Source of the DNA: the human T2T-CHM13v2.0 reference genome, Homo sapiens
Length of the DNA stretch: 64,000 nucleotides
NCBI RefSeq assembly: GCF_009914755.1
Contig: NC_060941.1
Strand: one strand, 5' to 3'
Part shown: one piece after another, positions 1 to 14,662 of the stretch
Layout: every line of letters begins with the position of its first letter
How positions within the stretch are numbered: position 1 is the first letter of the stretch
The notes under the pieces: generated by a model
The model's database searches: none
Seen by the model: only the letters and a program-made list of their open reading frames with translations
What the model was told of the DNA's origin: nothing
Made by a program: the position numbers and the translations under genes

Positions 1-1099
1 TCATTGCCAAAGAAGAAGTTCCTTTGCTAACTGTAAATCAGGAGAGATTCTCAAAGGAGACTACAAATTGAATTTCAAAAGCAGGCAGGAGTACGAAAAC
101 TAAGTATATAAAGAAGTAGAGAGAAAAAGAGAATGAAGAGAAACCTGTTTGAGTGAAATAAAAGGAAAACTAGGTCAATGAAACAGTAAAAAAAAAAAAT
201 ACAAAAACTTGTGTTCTTCCATAACTTTCCACATGTGCATGTATTGTCTTTCCAACCACACTGCAAATTCCTTGAAGACAGAAACTATGTCTTACATTTC
301 TTTATATAGCTCATTCATCGAGAGTGGTGTTTTGCACATAACTGTAACTTAGCTTTTTTTAAACTGATGAATTATGACTAAATGTCCCTGAACCAAATAC
401 TGTACCCATGCATTACAATTAAATCTGACAGATGCTTAAATGATGTCCTAATTTGAAGTGCTGCACATATCAAAAAGATACTTCAAAATCCAGATTAGCT
501 TTTAAAGGAAAAAGTACAGGACAATTACTATTTTTCAAGGCCAAAAAGAAAAACCATCTTATGCTAGTATTTTAGTCGTGACAAACATATATCCCAATAT
601 TTTCATTAGTAATAATACTGCCATTTTTAAGCCTGTCCTTGTGCTAAACATTTTTCATCTAATATCCCATTTCATTCATTCATTGACTCAAGAGACATTG
701 GAATCCCTATATATCAAGCCACGGAGAAGACAATGACAAGGATCACCTCATCTTACTGACAAAGAGAGCTTCATTCTTAAATTGTTCTACAAAGTGTAGT
801 TCTTGGAGTTTATCACACCATTTTCACTCATAAACCAAGGAATTGTTTAAAGTTAGTTCTATTATTTTATGAATGCAATTACAAAATATTCCTAAGTATG
901 ATCTTCATAAAAATTGTTTTAACTTATTAGTTGACATTTAAATCAAATATGTTATAACAAGATCCATATTATGTCCCCCAAGGGAAAAATAAAAAACAAA
1001 AACTTTCAATTAATAGACTCTTTAGAGCAAGAGTCAGCAAAAGAGCCAGACAGTAAACATTTCAAGCTTCAAAGGCTATATGGTCTCTTCTTCCATAGG

Positions 1100-1870
1100 A
1101 AGATATCTTTTATGATCGAAATGTAGAGAAGGATTTCCTAAAACAATAAACCAAAAACACAAATGAGTGAAAACACAGCTTCATTAACATGTTAAACTTC
1201 TATTTAAAGATACATATTCCTTAAAGAAGGAAAGAAAAATAGGTAAAAAGGGGGCACAGGCTGACAGAAGATACTTGCAGTGCTTACAGTCAAGTGAGGA
1301 TCAGTATCTACAACATATAAAGAATTCCAATAAATCTATTTTTAAAAGACAAACCCTACAGAAAACCAAGAACAGGCAAATCACAGAAGAGAAAAGCTGA
1401 AAGGCTAATAAATATCTGAAAAGATGTGCCATCTAATGTACAGCTTCACTAGTAATTAGGAAAATGCAAATTAAAACCATAATTAGATTCCATTTCCTAT
1501 CCACCAGATTGGGTACTGGAGAGGATATGAAGAAACTCTTATTCACTGCTGATCGAAGTATAAATTGGCACAACTACTTGAGAGCAAATTGGTGATCTAG
1601 TGAAATCAAAGATACATATACCCTTTGACCCAGCATGACACTGTTAGGTATACATGCTAGAAAAACTCTTGCACATTAAGACAGATAAAAGAGGAATATT
1701 AATTGCAGCATTGTTTTAATAGTGAGAAAAACAAGCTACATGTATCAACAGAAGGAATGGATGAGTAAATTGTGGGCTCTTTCCAATCAATGGAATAATA
1801 TTATAATGAAAATATATGAATGACAGTTGTATGCATCGACATCGATAAACATGAACAAGCAGTTGAACAG
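1100..1870 (+). mobile_element. Old L1M (L1ME/MC-type) ORF2 3' end/3'UTR fragment
   Basis: Degenerate L1 motifs (gaaaatgcaaattaaaaccat, tataaattggcacaactacttg, tttgacccagca). Confidence 0.7.
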
Positions 1871-3749
1871 GCTGAGTATGGCTTAAACAAAATTGTATTT
1901 TCCCCATAAAATTCTAAATAAGTTGATGATAGAAATAAAAATATAAAACTTCAGGTAGAGAGTGAGGAATCAAGACTATGGAAGATAATCTTAAAAGCTA
2001 ACAATTGTCATGAAAAACATACCTGAAAAATGCTAGAAGTGCTGGAAAAAAAAAAAAAACCCACAGTAAATATACTCTGTTCTGGTTTCTCCTCAGTTGT
2101 TTCATACCCGGCAGAATAGCTTTCATCTTAACACCTCCTCCTCAAAAGTTTTCAACCTAATTTATTAGGAAATGGGTTCTCAAATTAGGGTCCATGGGCT
2201 ATTACAGATCACCCAGAAACTACAGACACAATTTTGTGTGCATTTTTAGAAAGTGAACCCCTAACTTTAATCAAGTGCTCAAAGCAGATTGTGACTGATT
2301 TGGGTTAGGGCTTTATTCCAGAATTTATATCTGGTTTTTTAACGAAAATCAAATGGAAACAACATTTTCTTTATAACCAAATTAGCCAGACATAGTTATT
2401 CTGTAAAGGAATAAACAACAGCCAAGAGAATTTCATAAAGTTTCCTCCACTGCTTCTGAACTCATTTCTATTTTAATGTTTGTTAATTACCTAATATTAA
2501 CATAAGGCTAAAATACTCAGTTCACTAATGTATATTTCTAACTTCATTTTACAGATAAAAAAGGAAATTCAGAAGAATTCAAATTCCCACAAAATACACA
2601 ATAAATTTGTGGAGAAGTTGAAATTCATAACCTTAAATCTTTAAAGTGAAGCTTTAACAGGATTGTTTTCATCTACCACTTAAGCAAAAAAGCAAAACAC
2701 TGCCCTTTATTTCAAAAAGTCATGCATATGAAGAGCTAGTGGTAAAAGGCCAATGAACATAGAATTATACTACAAACTTTGAGACATAAAAAAGGGTTTG
2801 TTAATCTTTATCAACCATTTGCTGTTGTCCAAGCCATCTAAACAGGTACTGAATGCCCGTTGTGCAAAATCTCACATTAGCACACACTCTAGTAAGATAG
2901 CAAAAGTAACATAACTATACCTTTTCAACTATTCTTTTTTTAAAAATTCAAACAGTAGTAGTACCCTACTGCCACCGTTTCATGATTAGACTGCACAAAG
3001 CAGCTGTTTATCCACTCACAGCAACCAGCAGGTGAACCTGATTCAATATTTATCACAGGCTTTCACAGATCACTGCTAACCAAGCAAACGTTTTAATTAA
3101 GCTGGAACTTGCTTCAAAGAGCTCATTCAAGATGTCAATCAGCAGGTAGGGGATCAGATACAGTGTCAGGTGAGAGTGTGTAATACAAATCCACAACTTT
3201 CTTCATCCCATCGCTGTAAATTAGCCTGCTCTAAAGTTCAGACTCTGATTGTAACAGACTGCCAGTCTCCTGGAATGTGTAACTGAAGTCACTCAAATTC
3301 TATTGTGAAGGTTGTAAGCAATATGTTAAACTGCAGTGGGCTAGCACATTAAGACAGATCCTTTTCACGGTTGTTTTTTGATACCATAAGTGTTTGTTAC
3401 CCTACTCTCCACTTACTGTTTACTTTCTTGCCTAGTGTAAATGGGAATTCCTTAACACAGTTGCTCCAGTTTCTGAAAAGTCTGTGTTTCAATAGAGTAA
3501 ATCAATAAGAATTATCAGTTTAAGAACAAGCATATCATAAAGATGACTGACCTGCTATAAAGCAAAAATTATCCTGGTATAATAGAACTTTACATAGATG
3601 TGATTATAGCAATGAGTCTCAAAGCAGTGATGAGTCACACCGATCAACTTCATGAGAAAAACCCAGGGTGTTTATAAAAAATAAAAAGGGGAAAAGAAGA
3701 CTCAAACGAGCAAAATGGGGAAGTGGGCGGGTAGGCGGAAAATATCTTC

Positions 3750-4260
3750 TTTAAATAAGAATGCCAGCTAAGAATTGTAAATAAAATGATAGAATTTTAA
3801 AAATCACCATTTTGCAACTTTCCTGTACTAACTGATTCAGGCAAGTTACATAAATGGATGCTGAAATCTTTCAGTGAAAAGTTATTAGGGAACAGAATAT
3901 TGACAAAGTCTCAAAATATCACCCCACAGATTATTCATTAATTACAAAAGGAAAATGTACCTTTACAATGAAGAGACCTGGCAGTGACACTCTAACCAAG
4001 TGGTGAAATTCAGCATCAATGGTATTGAGACTAACTGGCTTCATATGCCTCCTGATATAAGAAATATACTCTTGTGCCCATCTTCAATAAAACTACATGA
4101 TTATTAAATCCAAACAATCAAGACATGAATCAAAAAGAACCTGGGAATAGAGAAACTGTGGTAAAAAGACATATATGTATTATTTAGTCGGTGAAAATTC
4201 ATCCAATTGTAATTTATGATATGTACACTTGGTTATAGATTGTATTTCAAAAAGGCTTTT
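3750..4260 (+). mobile_element. L1MC-type 3'UTR fragment
   Basis: aaaatcaccattttgcaac, gagacctggcag...aaccaagtgg motifs. Confidence 0.55.
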
Positions 4261-4484
4261 AAAAAAAACCCTATCCCTTGAGATTGCAGGTAATTTTTAC
4301 TTTCTCCTTTATGGTATTTTTCAAACTTTCTTCAATGAACCTTTTAAAATGAGAAAACAATGCTATCCTATCATGTCATTTTCCACATATTAACCAAAAT
4401 GCTATAAACAAAACATATGACATAGAGATTTGTGCTTCTATGGGCTTTAAAAATTAAATGGTTATTATTACATACAAGTCTCTA

Positions 4485-4650
4485 AAGCAGCACTACCCAA
4501 CAGGATTTTCTGTGATGACAGCGTATTTGATATCTGCACTATTCAATATATTTGGCATTAGCCGCATGGGCACTTGAAATGTAATTAGTACAACTAACTG
4601 AATTTTAATTTTAATTAATCAAAAAACATAAATACATGTGGCTAGTGGAC
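4485..4650. mobile_element. MER3/MER33-like hAT-Charlie MITE
   Basis: ttctgtgatga...cacttgaaatgt...catgtggctagtgg. Confidence 0.65.
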
Positions 4651-4999
4651 AGAATACATTTAAAGTATTATCAGAGATTCTAGAAAACCAATGGTTATTG
4701 CAGGTGCATTGTATGTGTGAGAAATTCTCTTCGTAAATTCAAGTTAGAAAGGAAAAAGCAAAAGTACACTGTAAAAATTGTGTGCTCATAGGTAAAAATG
4801 GGTTCTGCAGGTTGCAGCTCATGAAAACTGGGTTCACAATTTTTGTAGACTAGTAAACTACTTTTCTTAATCTTTTTTGTTCTAATTTTTGTCTGAATTC
4901 CAATCAAAATCCCAGCAAGATTTTTTTTTGGGTAATCTAAATTTAATCTTGAAAATAAATAAGTGAGAATAACCAAAACTTTTTGGAAAAATAAGATGG

Positions 5000-5121
5000 G
5001 GACAGGTGTGATCTCTCACACCTGTAATCCCAGCACTTTGGGAGGCCAAGGCAGGCATATCACTTGTGCTTGGGAGTTCGAGACCAGCCTGGGCAACATG
5101 GCAAGACCTCATCTCTAAAAA
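5000..5121 (+). mobile_element. FLAM/Alu left monomer
   Basis: Alu left-arm sequence only, followed by a G-rich run instead of a normal A tail. Confidence 0.85.
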
Positions 5122-5661
5122 GGGGGGAGGGGGGGGAAAGATGGGCAAGTAGGGTATATATTTCTATAGATGTAAGAATTTCAAATATATGATAAAGATG
5201 CTGTATTAGGCACCTCTATGGACATGTGTCCACCTACTTACTCTGAAATCATCTATATCCCCTGCTGAAAGGCTGAACCTAATATCCACATTAATAACAC
5301 ATATCCAAAGACACTCTCAGGCATAGCAAGATCAATTAGTTTCACTTTCCCAAGAACTTGTATTTGGGGCATTTAGACTGAGTTGATTAATTACAGAAAA
5401 TAGGCCACATCATTTGGTAGATTTTAGGCTTCCACTTTGAGATGTCATGGTAAGGTCATATGAAAGAGTGTAAGTATCTAGAAAAACCAATCTACAAAAA
5501 ATAATGAGAAAACTTTGCTGAGAAATGCAGATGTCACACCAGAGGCCCCAAAGAGAACAGAGAAGCTGCCTAAAAACTTTTCATTTCCAATGAGGGGAAT
5601 TATATCTCCTGCATGATCTTTCTTTTAGCGGGTTTCTATTTCTTAAAAAGCAGATCACTCC

Positions 5662-6976
5662 CTTAAAAATCTGATTTAAAAATGGGCCAAAAATTTGAAT
5701 AGACATTTCTCAAAAGATATACAAATGGCAAACAGACATATGAAAAGGTGCTCAACATCACTGATCATCAGAGAAATGCAAATCCAAACTACAATGAGAT
5801 ATAATTTCATCCCAATTAAAATGGCTTTTATTGGCTGGGCACGGTGGCTCACACTTGTAATCCCAGCACTTTGGGAGGCCGAGGGGGGCAGATCACCTGA
5901 GGTCAGTAGTTCGAGACCAGCCTGGCCAACTTGGTGAAACCCAATCTCTACCAAAAATACAAAAATCAGCCAGGTGTGGTGGTGCACGCCTGTAATCCCA
6001 GCTACTCAGGAGGCTGAGGCAGGAGAATCACTTGAACCCGGGAGGCAGAAGTTGCAGCGAGCCGAGATCATGCCACTGCACTCCAGCCTGGGCAACAGAG
6101 TGAGAATTTGTCTCAAAAAAAAAAAAAAGGCTTTTATCCAAAACACAAGCAATAACAAATGCTGGCGAGGATGTGGAGAAAAGGGAACCCTCATACACCG
6201 TTGGTGGGAATGTAGATTAGTACAACCACTATCGAGAACAATTTGGAAATTCCTCAAAAAACTAAAAATTGAATTACCATATGATCCAGCAATCCCACTG
6301 CTAGGTGTATATCCAAAAGAAAGAAAATCAGTATATCGAGGAGATATCTGCACTCTCATGTTTATTGCAGCATTATTCACAATAGCCAAGATTTGGAAGC
6401 AACCTAAGTGTCCATCAACAGATGAATGAATGAAGAGAATGTGGCACATACACAATGAAGTACTATTTAGTCATAAAAAGAATGAGATCCTGTCATTTTC
6501 AACAACATAAATGGAACTGGAGGTCATTATGTTAAGTAAAATAAGCCAGGCACAGAAAGACAAACTTTGCATGTTCTCACTCATTTGTGAGAGCTAAAAA
6601 TTAAAACAGGTGAACTCATGGAGAGAGAGAGTAGAAGGGTGGTTTTCAGAGGCTGGGCAAGGTAGTCTAGGGAGGGGAGAGAGTGGAGTTGTTAATGGGA
6701 ACAAAAAAGTAGTTAGAAAGAATAAATAAGACTTAGTATTTGCTAGCACAACAGGGTGAATATAGTAAAAAATAATGTAATTGTACATTTCAAAATAACT
6801 AAGAGTATAATTGGATTATTTGTAACACAAAGGATAAATGCTTCAGGTGATGGATACCTCATTTACCCTAATATGATTATTACACATTGCATGCCTGTAT
6901 CAAAATGTCTCATGTACTTCATAAATATATACACCTACTATGTACCCACCAAAATTAAAAATTAAAAAAAAAAAAA
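5662..6976 (+). mobile_element. 5'-truncated L1MA-type element with poly(A), interrupted by an AluS (5833-6128)
   Basis: ORF2 C-terminal peptides (ORF 5974-6429 ...[10 protein letters not shown]...KQPKCPS), L1MA 3'UTR and A tail; Alu flanked by aaa(t)ggcttttat duplication. Confidence 0.9.
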
Positions 6977-7594
6977 GCAAACCACCCTGTTTAAATCAGG
7001 TGGCATTTCAAATCTGTGGGGGAAATTATTCAACTAATATTTAGATGAATGACTATTTGGGGAAAAAAATTAGATCCTATCTCCCACCTTACATCAAAAT
7101 AATTTACAGTTGAATTAAAGATCAGTATATAAGAACTGAAACCACGAGACTTCCAGTCTAATATGGCAGATTAGGTACACACATTTGCCCTCCTTCCCAC
7201 CTAAAACACCACTAAAATAAACTTACTTAGTAGCTGAAGTTGCAAACTGGAGGTCCACAAATCATACCTGCTTCACAATCATGTTTTGAATGGCTACACA
7301 GAGTTTTATAAATTTGAACTACTTAAAAATTATGAGATGAAAATCCATAGTGCTGGTTTCTTCTAGAAAAACTGGTTGACTGGCCACATTAGGCCTGTAT
7401 TCTTACAGGACAGCAATCCACTAACATTGACTAGATTGCCACATTTGGATGAGACATATACTCTCAAGGTATCACAGTCCCTGCCACTTAAAGAATGTAA
7501 TCACATGCACTTATACTTAGACCCCTTCTTTCATTCATGCTACCTATCTGGTGCTCATTTAAGTTGCCAACCCTGGTTACAAAAGTGTAAAAAG

Positions 7595-8411
<817 letters not shown>

Positions 8412-8461
8412 ATTTCATTCTCTTTTTTTTTCTTGTATTTTTTACCTTTTTATTTTTAATT

Positions 8462-8815
8462 TTATTTTTTTTTACAGACAGGGTCTCATTCTGTTGCCCA
8501 GGCTGGAGTACAGTGATATAATCATAGTTCACTGCAACGTTGAACTCCTAGGTTTAAGCAATCCTCCTGCCTCAGCTTCCCGAGTAGCTGGGACTATAGG
8601 CACATGCTACCACGCCTGGCTACTTTTTGCATTTTTTGTCTTTTTAAAATTTTTCTTAAGATACAGGATCTCTCTCTCTCTCTCGCCCATGCTGGAGTTT
8701 AATGGCACAATTATGACTCACTTCATTCTCAACCCTCAACCTCCTCGGCTCAAGTGATCCTTCCGTCTCAGCCTCCCAAGTAGCTGGGGCTACAGGTGAA
8801 TATCACCACATCAGG
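8462..8815 (-). mobile_element. AluJ-type fragments (two right-arm-like pieces)
   Basis: Two successive gacagggtctc/atacaggatctc...cctcagc segments. Confidence 0.8.
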
Positions 8816-10682
8816 CCACCATTTCATTCTCAGCAGATATTGAAGGCTCAATGAATATTACTGGTAGAAATAAGCAACAAAATAAATAAATCTCACATTA
8901 ACTAAAACTGCACATGAAAACATTTGTTAATGACTAAAAATTGTCAGAAGAATCAGTAATAGCCACCAGTAAAAGAACTAAATGACAGAAGACATAATAA
9001 AAACCTCGTGTGACTGGTTTTTGATGTGAAAAATATAAATTAATGAATGAAATGTCTTCCCTATAAGCGTTACATAAAATTAGTAAATGACAAAAAATAA
9101 AAGACAATAAAAGAAGAAGAAAAGCTATTTGACGAATAGACTGATAATGGGATTCTCATCATTTTTTTCTGTAAAATCTTTGATGTTACTAGAATTTTTA
9201 TAAGCAAATATCACTTTTATAAAAACAATTACATTTTTTAAAAACATACACAGAAAAGAAAACAATATACAGGGTAGAGATACTACCAAAAGGAGAAGTA
9301 ACTAGTTTTTCAGGGCTTGCAGAATCATTTTACTCAATTTGATAAGATTTTTGTCGTACTAATAGATCCAGTTATGTGCCCTCTGGGAAAAATGCACCAA
9401 AAAGCGCCAAGGAAGAAAGGGAACTGGACAGACTATCCAGTAAGGCCAGTCAAATCAATCATACAGGTTAATGAGATGACTGAATAGGAAAACAGACTGC
9501 TCTCACATCTACTATTGTTCAGAATATTAGATTAAGGAAAGAGCTGAGACAAGGTTTCCTTGTGGAAGGACAGGAGAAAACATAACATGGTTATAGCTAA
9601 GGAAAAGAATCAATAGAAAGGAGGAAAAATAATTGACAAACATCCAGTGATGTGTAAATGTGTAGTGGGATGTGAATGGGGAAAAGTTTGTGTTTAAAAA
9701 AAAAAAGGCCCTGTATGACTAATATGGGGACCAACAAGTTTTCAGTTTAAAGGTGGGACGGTTCCAAATGACAACGAAGTCCCATGTGTAGTGGTGCTGT
9801 TGAATTAATGGCTAAATTAGGTCGTAAGTTTCAAGAAGGCTGAGGAACTATGGTCAAAATAGCAGATCATCAACACAGATCATGAAGTACCCCAGGATGG
9901 TGACTGCTTCTCCTACTCCAGATTCACTGAGTAACAAGGAGAATCTGACATTTTTACTGCCCTGATGTGTGCCTACTTCACTAAACCTCAAAAGCATCTT
10001 TCTTTAAAAGATTCATACATGTTTCCAATGCTGTTGTCAATATCAATTATCTTCTGAATGAAACGTTAACCTTGCACAAGTAATGCAACATCTGGCTTAT
10101 AGTAGTTTTCACTTAGAACAATGCATATATTTGTTTAAGTTTTCCAAAAGGCCAACATTTAAAGAAACAATAAATGTCCTTAAAAATATGATTGTATGGC
10201 CTTCTGCTTTTAGCCATACGAAAAAACAGAAATCTTATCTTGCACCATAAACTACTAACAAATTGGACAAGATATATGAAACAGTACTTTTCAGACACTG
10301 AATTGTGATCTCAGAGAAAAGGAAACAAAGAGGTGATAACTACATTACTTTACTTCTACAGATGAAAACACAATAACTGAAAAGAAAAATCCACTAGTAA
10401 GATTTAACACCAAATTAGAAATAGCAGAAGAGATCAAGGAGCTTGACAAATCGGCAATAGAAGGTAGACAAAATGAAGCACAAAGAAGAAAAAATAGCTT
10501 AAAAAATGAACATATAGTCAGTGATGTATAATATCAAGCTGTCTAATATACACATAATTGAAGTCTGAAAGGAAAAAAATGAGTACTTAAGAAAATATTT
10601 TTAAATGGCTCAAATTGTTCATAATTTGATGAAAACTATAAAACCATAGATCCAAAAAGCTCAATGACCCCAAGCACACAAT

Positions 10683-10684
<2 letters not shown>

Positions 10685-10724
<40 letters not shown>
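10685..10724. repeat. (AC)20 microsatellite
   Basis: Perfect dinucleotide run. Confidence 0.98.
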
Positions 10725-10726
<2 letters not shown>

Positions 10727-10761
10727 TAGTTGAATTGCTGAAAGCAGAGATAAAAATAGAA

Positions 10762-11078
<317 letters not shown>

Positions 11079-11930
11079 TAGAAACTATGTAAGACAAGCC
11101 AAGGGCAGAATATCTTTTAAGTGCTGAAAGAAAGAAAATGTGAACCTAAACTTCAATACCCAGTGAAAATGTGTTTCAAAACAAAGCGACGGTTCCTATC
11201 AATAACCCAATGAAGTTTCTTGCAGAAATAGAAAATACCATCCTAAAATTCACATGGATTCTCAAGGAACCCCGAATAACCACAATAATCTTGAAAAAGA
11301 ACAAAACTGGAGGTCTCACATTTTCTGATTTCTAAACTTACTACAAAGCTACAGTAAGAAAAACAGCATGGTACTGGCATAAAAACAGAAATATAGACCA
11401 ATGGAACAGAATAGAAATTCCAAAAGCAAACCCCCACATATATGGTCAAATAATTTTCAGCAGCCTATCAAGACCATTCAATGGGAAAAGAACAGTTTTT
11501 TCAACAAATGGTGCAGGGAAACCTGGATATCTACACACAAACAATGAAGTTGCACCATTATAATATATGGAAAAATTAACTCTACATGGATCAAAACCTT
11601 AAATATAAAAGCTAAAACCATAAAACTTTTCCAAAAGCACTGGTGATAAAAAATGGACTTCATGAGATAAATTGGACTCATGAAAATTAAAAACGTTTAT
11701 GTATCATAGACCACCATCAACAGAGTAAAAATGCAACACACCAAATGGGAGAAAATATTTACAAATCATGTATCCAATAAGGTATTAATATCTGGAATAC
11801 ATAAAGAACTTCCACCAACTCAACAACGACAAAAGCAATCCAATTCCAAAATGGACAAAGGCAACATCATACTGAATGAGCAAAAGCTAGAAGCATTTCC
11901 CCTGAAAACCAGCACAAGAAAAGGAAGCCC

Positions 11931-12453
<523 letters not shown>

Positions 12454-12550
12454 CTAAATCAATATGCAAAATTTACTGACATTCCAATTCACCATCAACT
12501 GTCAAGCTGAGAGCCAAATCAGGAATGCAATCCCATTCACAATTGCCACA

Positions 12551-12552
12551 AA

Positions 12553-12595
<43 letters not shown>

Positions 12596-12600
12596 AATAA
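12551..12600. repeat. (AAAT)n tetranucleotide repeat inside L1
   Basis: Direct read. Confidence 0.95.
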
Positions 12601-13652
12601 CTGGGAATACAACTAACCAGGTAGGTGAAAGATCTCTACAAAGGGAACTACAAAGCACTGCTTGAAGAAATCAGAGATTTCTTACAAACAAATGAAAAAA
12701 CCTTCCATGTTCATGGATAGGAATAATCAGTATCATTAAAAAGGTCATACTGCCCAAAGCAATTTACAGATTCAATGCTATTCCTATTAAACTACCACTG
12801 ACATTCTTCAGAGAACTAGGAAAAACTCTTTTAAAACTCATATGGAACCAAAAAAGAGCCCAAAAAGCCAAGGCAACCCTAAGCAAAAAGAACAAAGCTG
12901 GAGGCATCGCACTACCCAACTTCAAACTATACTACGTGGCTACAGTAATCAAAACATCATGGTACTGGTACAAAAACAGATACATAGACCAATGAAACAG
13001 AATAGAGAGCCCAGAAATAAGGTCACACCTACAACTATCTGATCTTGAACAAACCTACCAAAAACAAGCAATGGGGAAAGGATTCCCTATTCAGTAAATG
13101 GTGCTGGGATAACTCGCTAGGCATATGTAGAAGATTGAAACTGGACCCCTTCCTTACACCGTATTCAAAAATTAAGATAGATTAAAGACTTAAATGTAAA
13201 ACAAAAACTATAAAAACCCTGGAAGACAACCTAGGCAATACCATTCTGGACATAGGAACAGGCAAAGATTTCATGATGAAGACAACAGAAGCAATTGCAA
13301 CAAAAGCAAAAATTGACAAATGACACCCAATAAAATTAAAGAGTTAATGCACAGCAAACGAAACTATCAACAAAGTAAACAGACAACCTACAGAATGGGA
13401 GAAAATTTTTTGCAAACTATGCATCTGACAAAGGTCTAATATCCAGCTTCCATAAGGAACTTAAATTTACAAAGGAAAAACAACCTCATTAAAAAGTGGG
13501 CAAAGGACATGAATGGACACTTTTCAAAAGAAGATATATATGCAGCCAACAATCCTATGGAAAAAAGCTAACATTACTGATCATTAGAGAAATGCAAATC
13601 AAAACCACCACAATGAGATACCATCTCACACCAGTCAGAATGGCTATTATTA

Positions 13653-13685
<33 letters not shown>

Positions 13686-14373
13686 CAGATGCCGGTGAGG
13701 TTGCAGAGAAAAAGGAAAAAGGAACACTTGCACACTACTGGTAAGAATGTAAATTAGTTCAACCATTGTGGAAGACAGTAGACAGTGTGGCAATTCCTCA
13801 AAGACCTAAAAACAGAAACACCATTTGACCCAGCAATCCCATTACTGGGTATATACCCAAAGAAATATAAATTGTTCTATTATAAAGACACATGCACACG
13901 TATGTTCATTGAAGCACTATGCACAATAGCAAAGACATGGAATCAACCTAAATGCTAATCAATGGTAGACTAGATTTTAAAAATGTGGTACATATACACT
14001 GTGGAATACTATGTAGCCATAAAAAAAATGAGACTGTGTCCTTTACAGAAACTTAGATAGAGCTGGAGACCATTATCCTTAGCAAACTAATGCAGGAACA
14101 GAAAACCAAATACTGCATGTTCTCACTTATAAGTAGGAGCTAAATCATGAGAACATATGGAAACATAAAGGGGAAAAACACACAATGGGGCCTATCAGAG
14201 GGTAGAGGGTGGGAGCAGGGAGAGGATCAGAAAAATAACTAATGGGTACTAGGCTTAATACCTGGGTGACAAAATAATCTGTACAACAAACCACTACCAC
14301 ACAAGTTTACCTATATAACAAACCTGAGCATGTACCCCTGAACTTAAAATAAAAATTAAATTTAAAAAAAATG

Positions 14374-14662
14374 GGGCTGGGAGTGGTGGCTTACACCTGT
14401 AATCTCAGTACTTTGAGAGGTAAGGCAGGAGGATCACTTGAGACCAGAAGTTCAAGGCTAGCCTGGCCAACATGGTGAAACCCCATCTCTATTAAAAATA
14501 CAAAAAATTAGCCAGGCGTGGGGGCACACACCTGTAATCCCAGCTATTCGGGAGGCTGAGGTGGGAGGACTGCTTGATCCTGGGAGGCGGACACTGCAGT
14601 CAGCTGAGATAGTGCCACTGCACTCCGGCCTGGGCGACAGAGTGAAGCCCTGTCTCAAAAAA
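14374..14662 (+). mobile_element. Alu (J/S) directly after the L1PA tail
   Basis: Dimeric Alu. Confidence 0.9.

Noticed and set aside
5974-6455. Longest ORFs in the track (151 and 149 aa) and the many similar 60-140 aa ORFs
   Set aside because: Translations of Alu and decayed L1 ORF2 sequence; no splice context or independent coding signal
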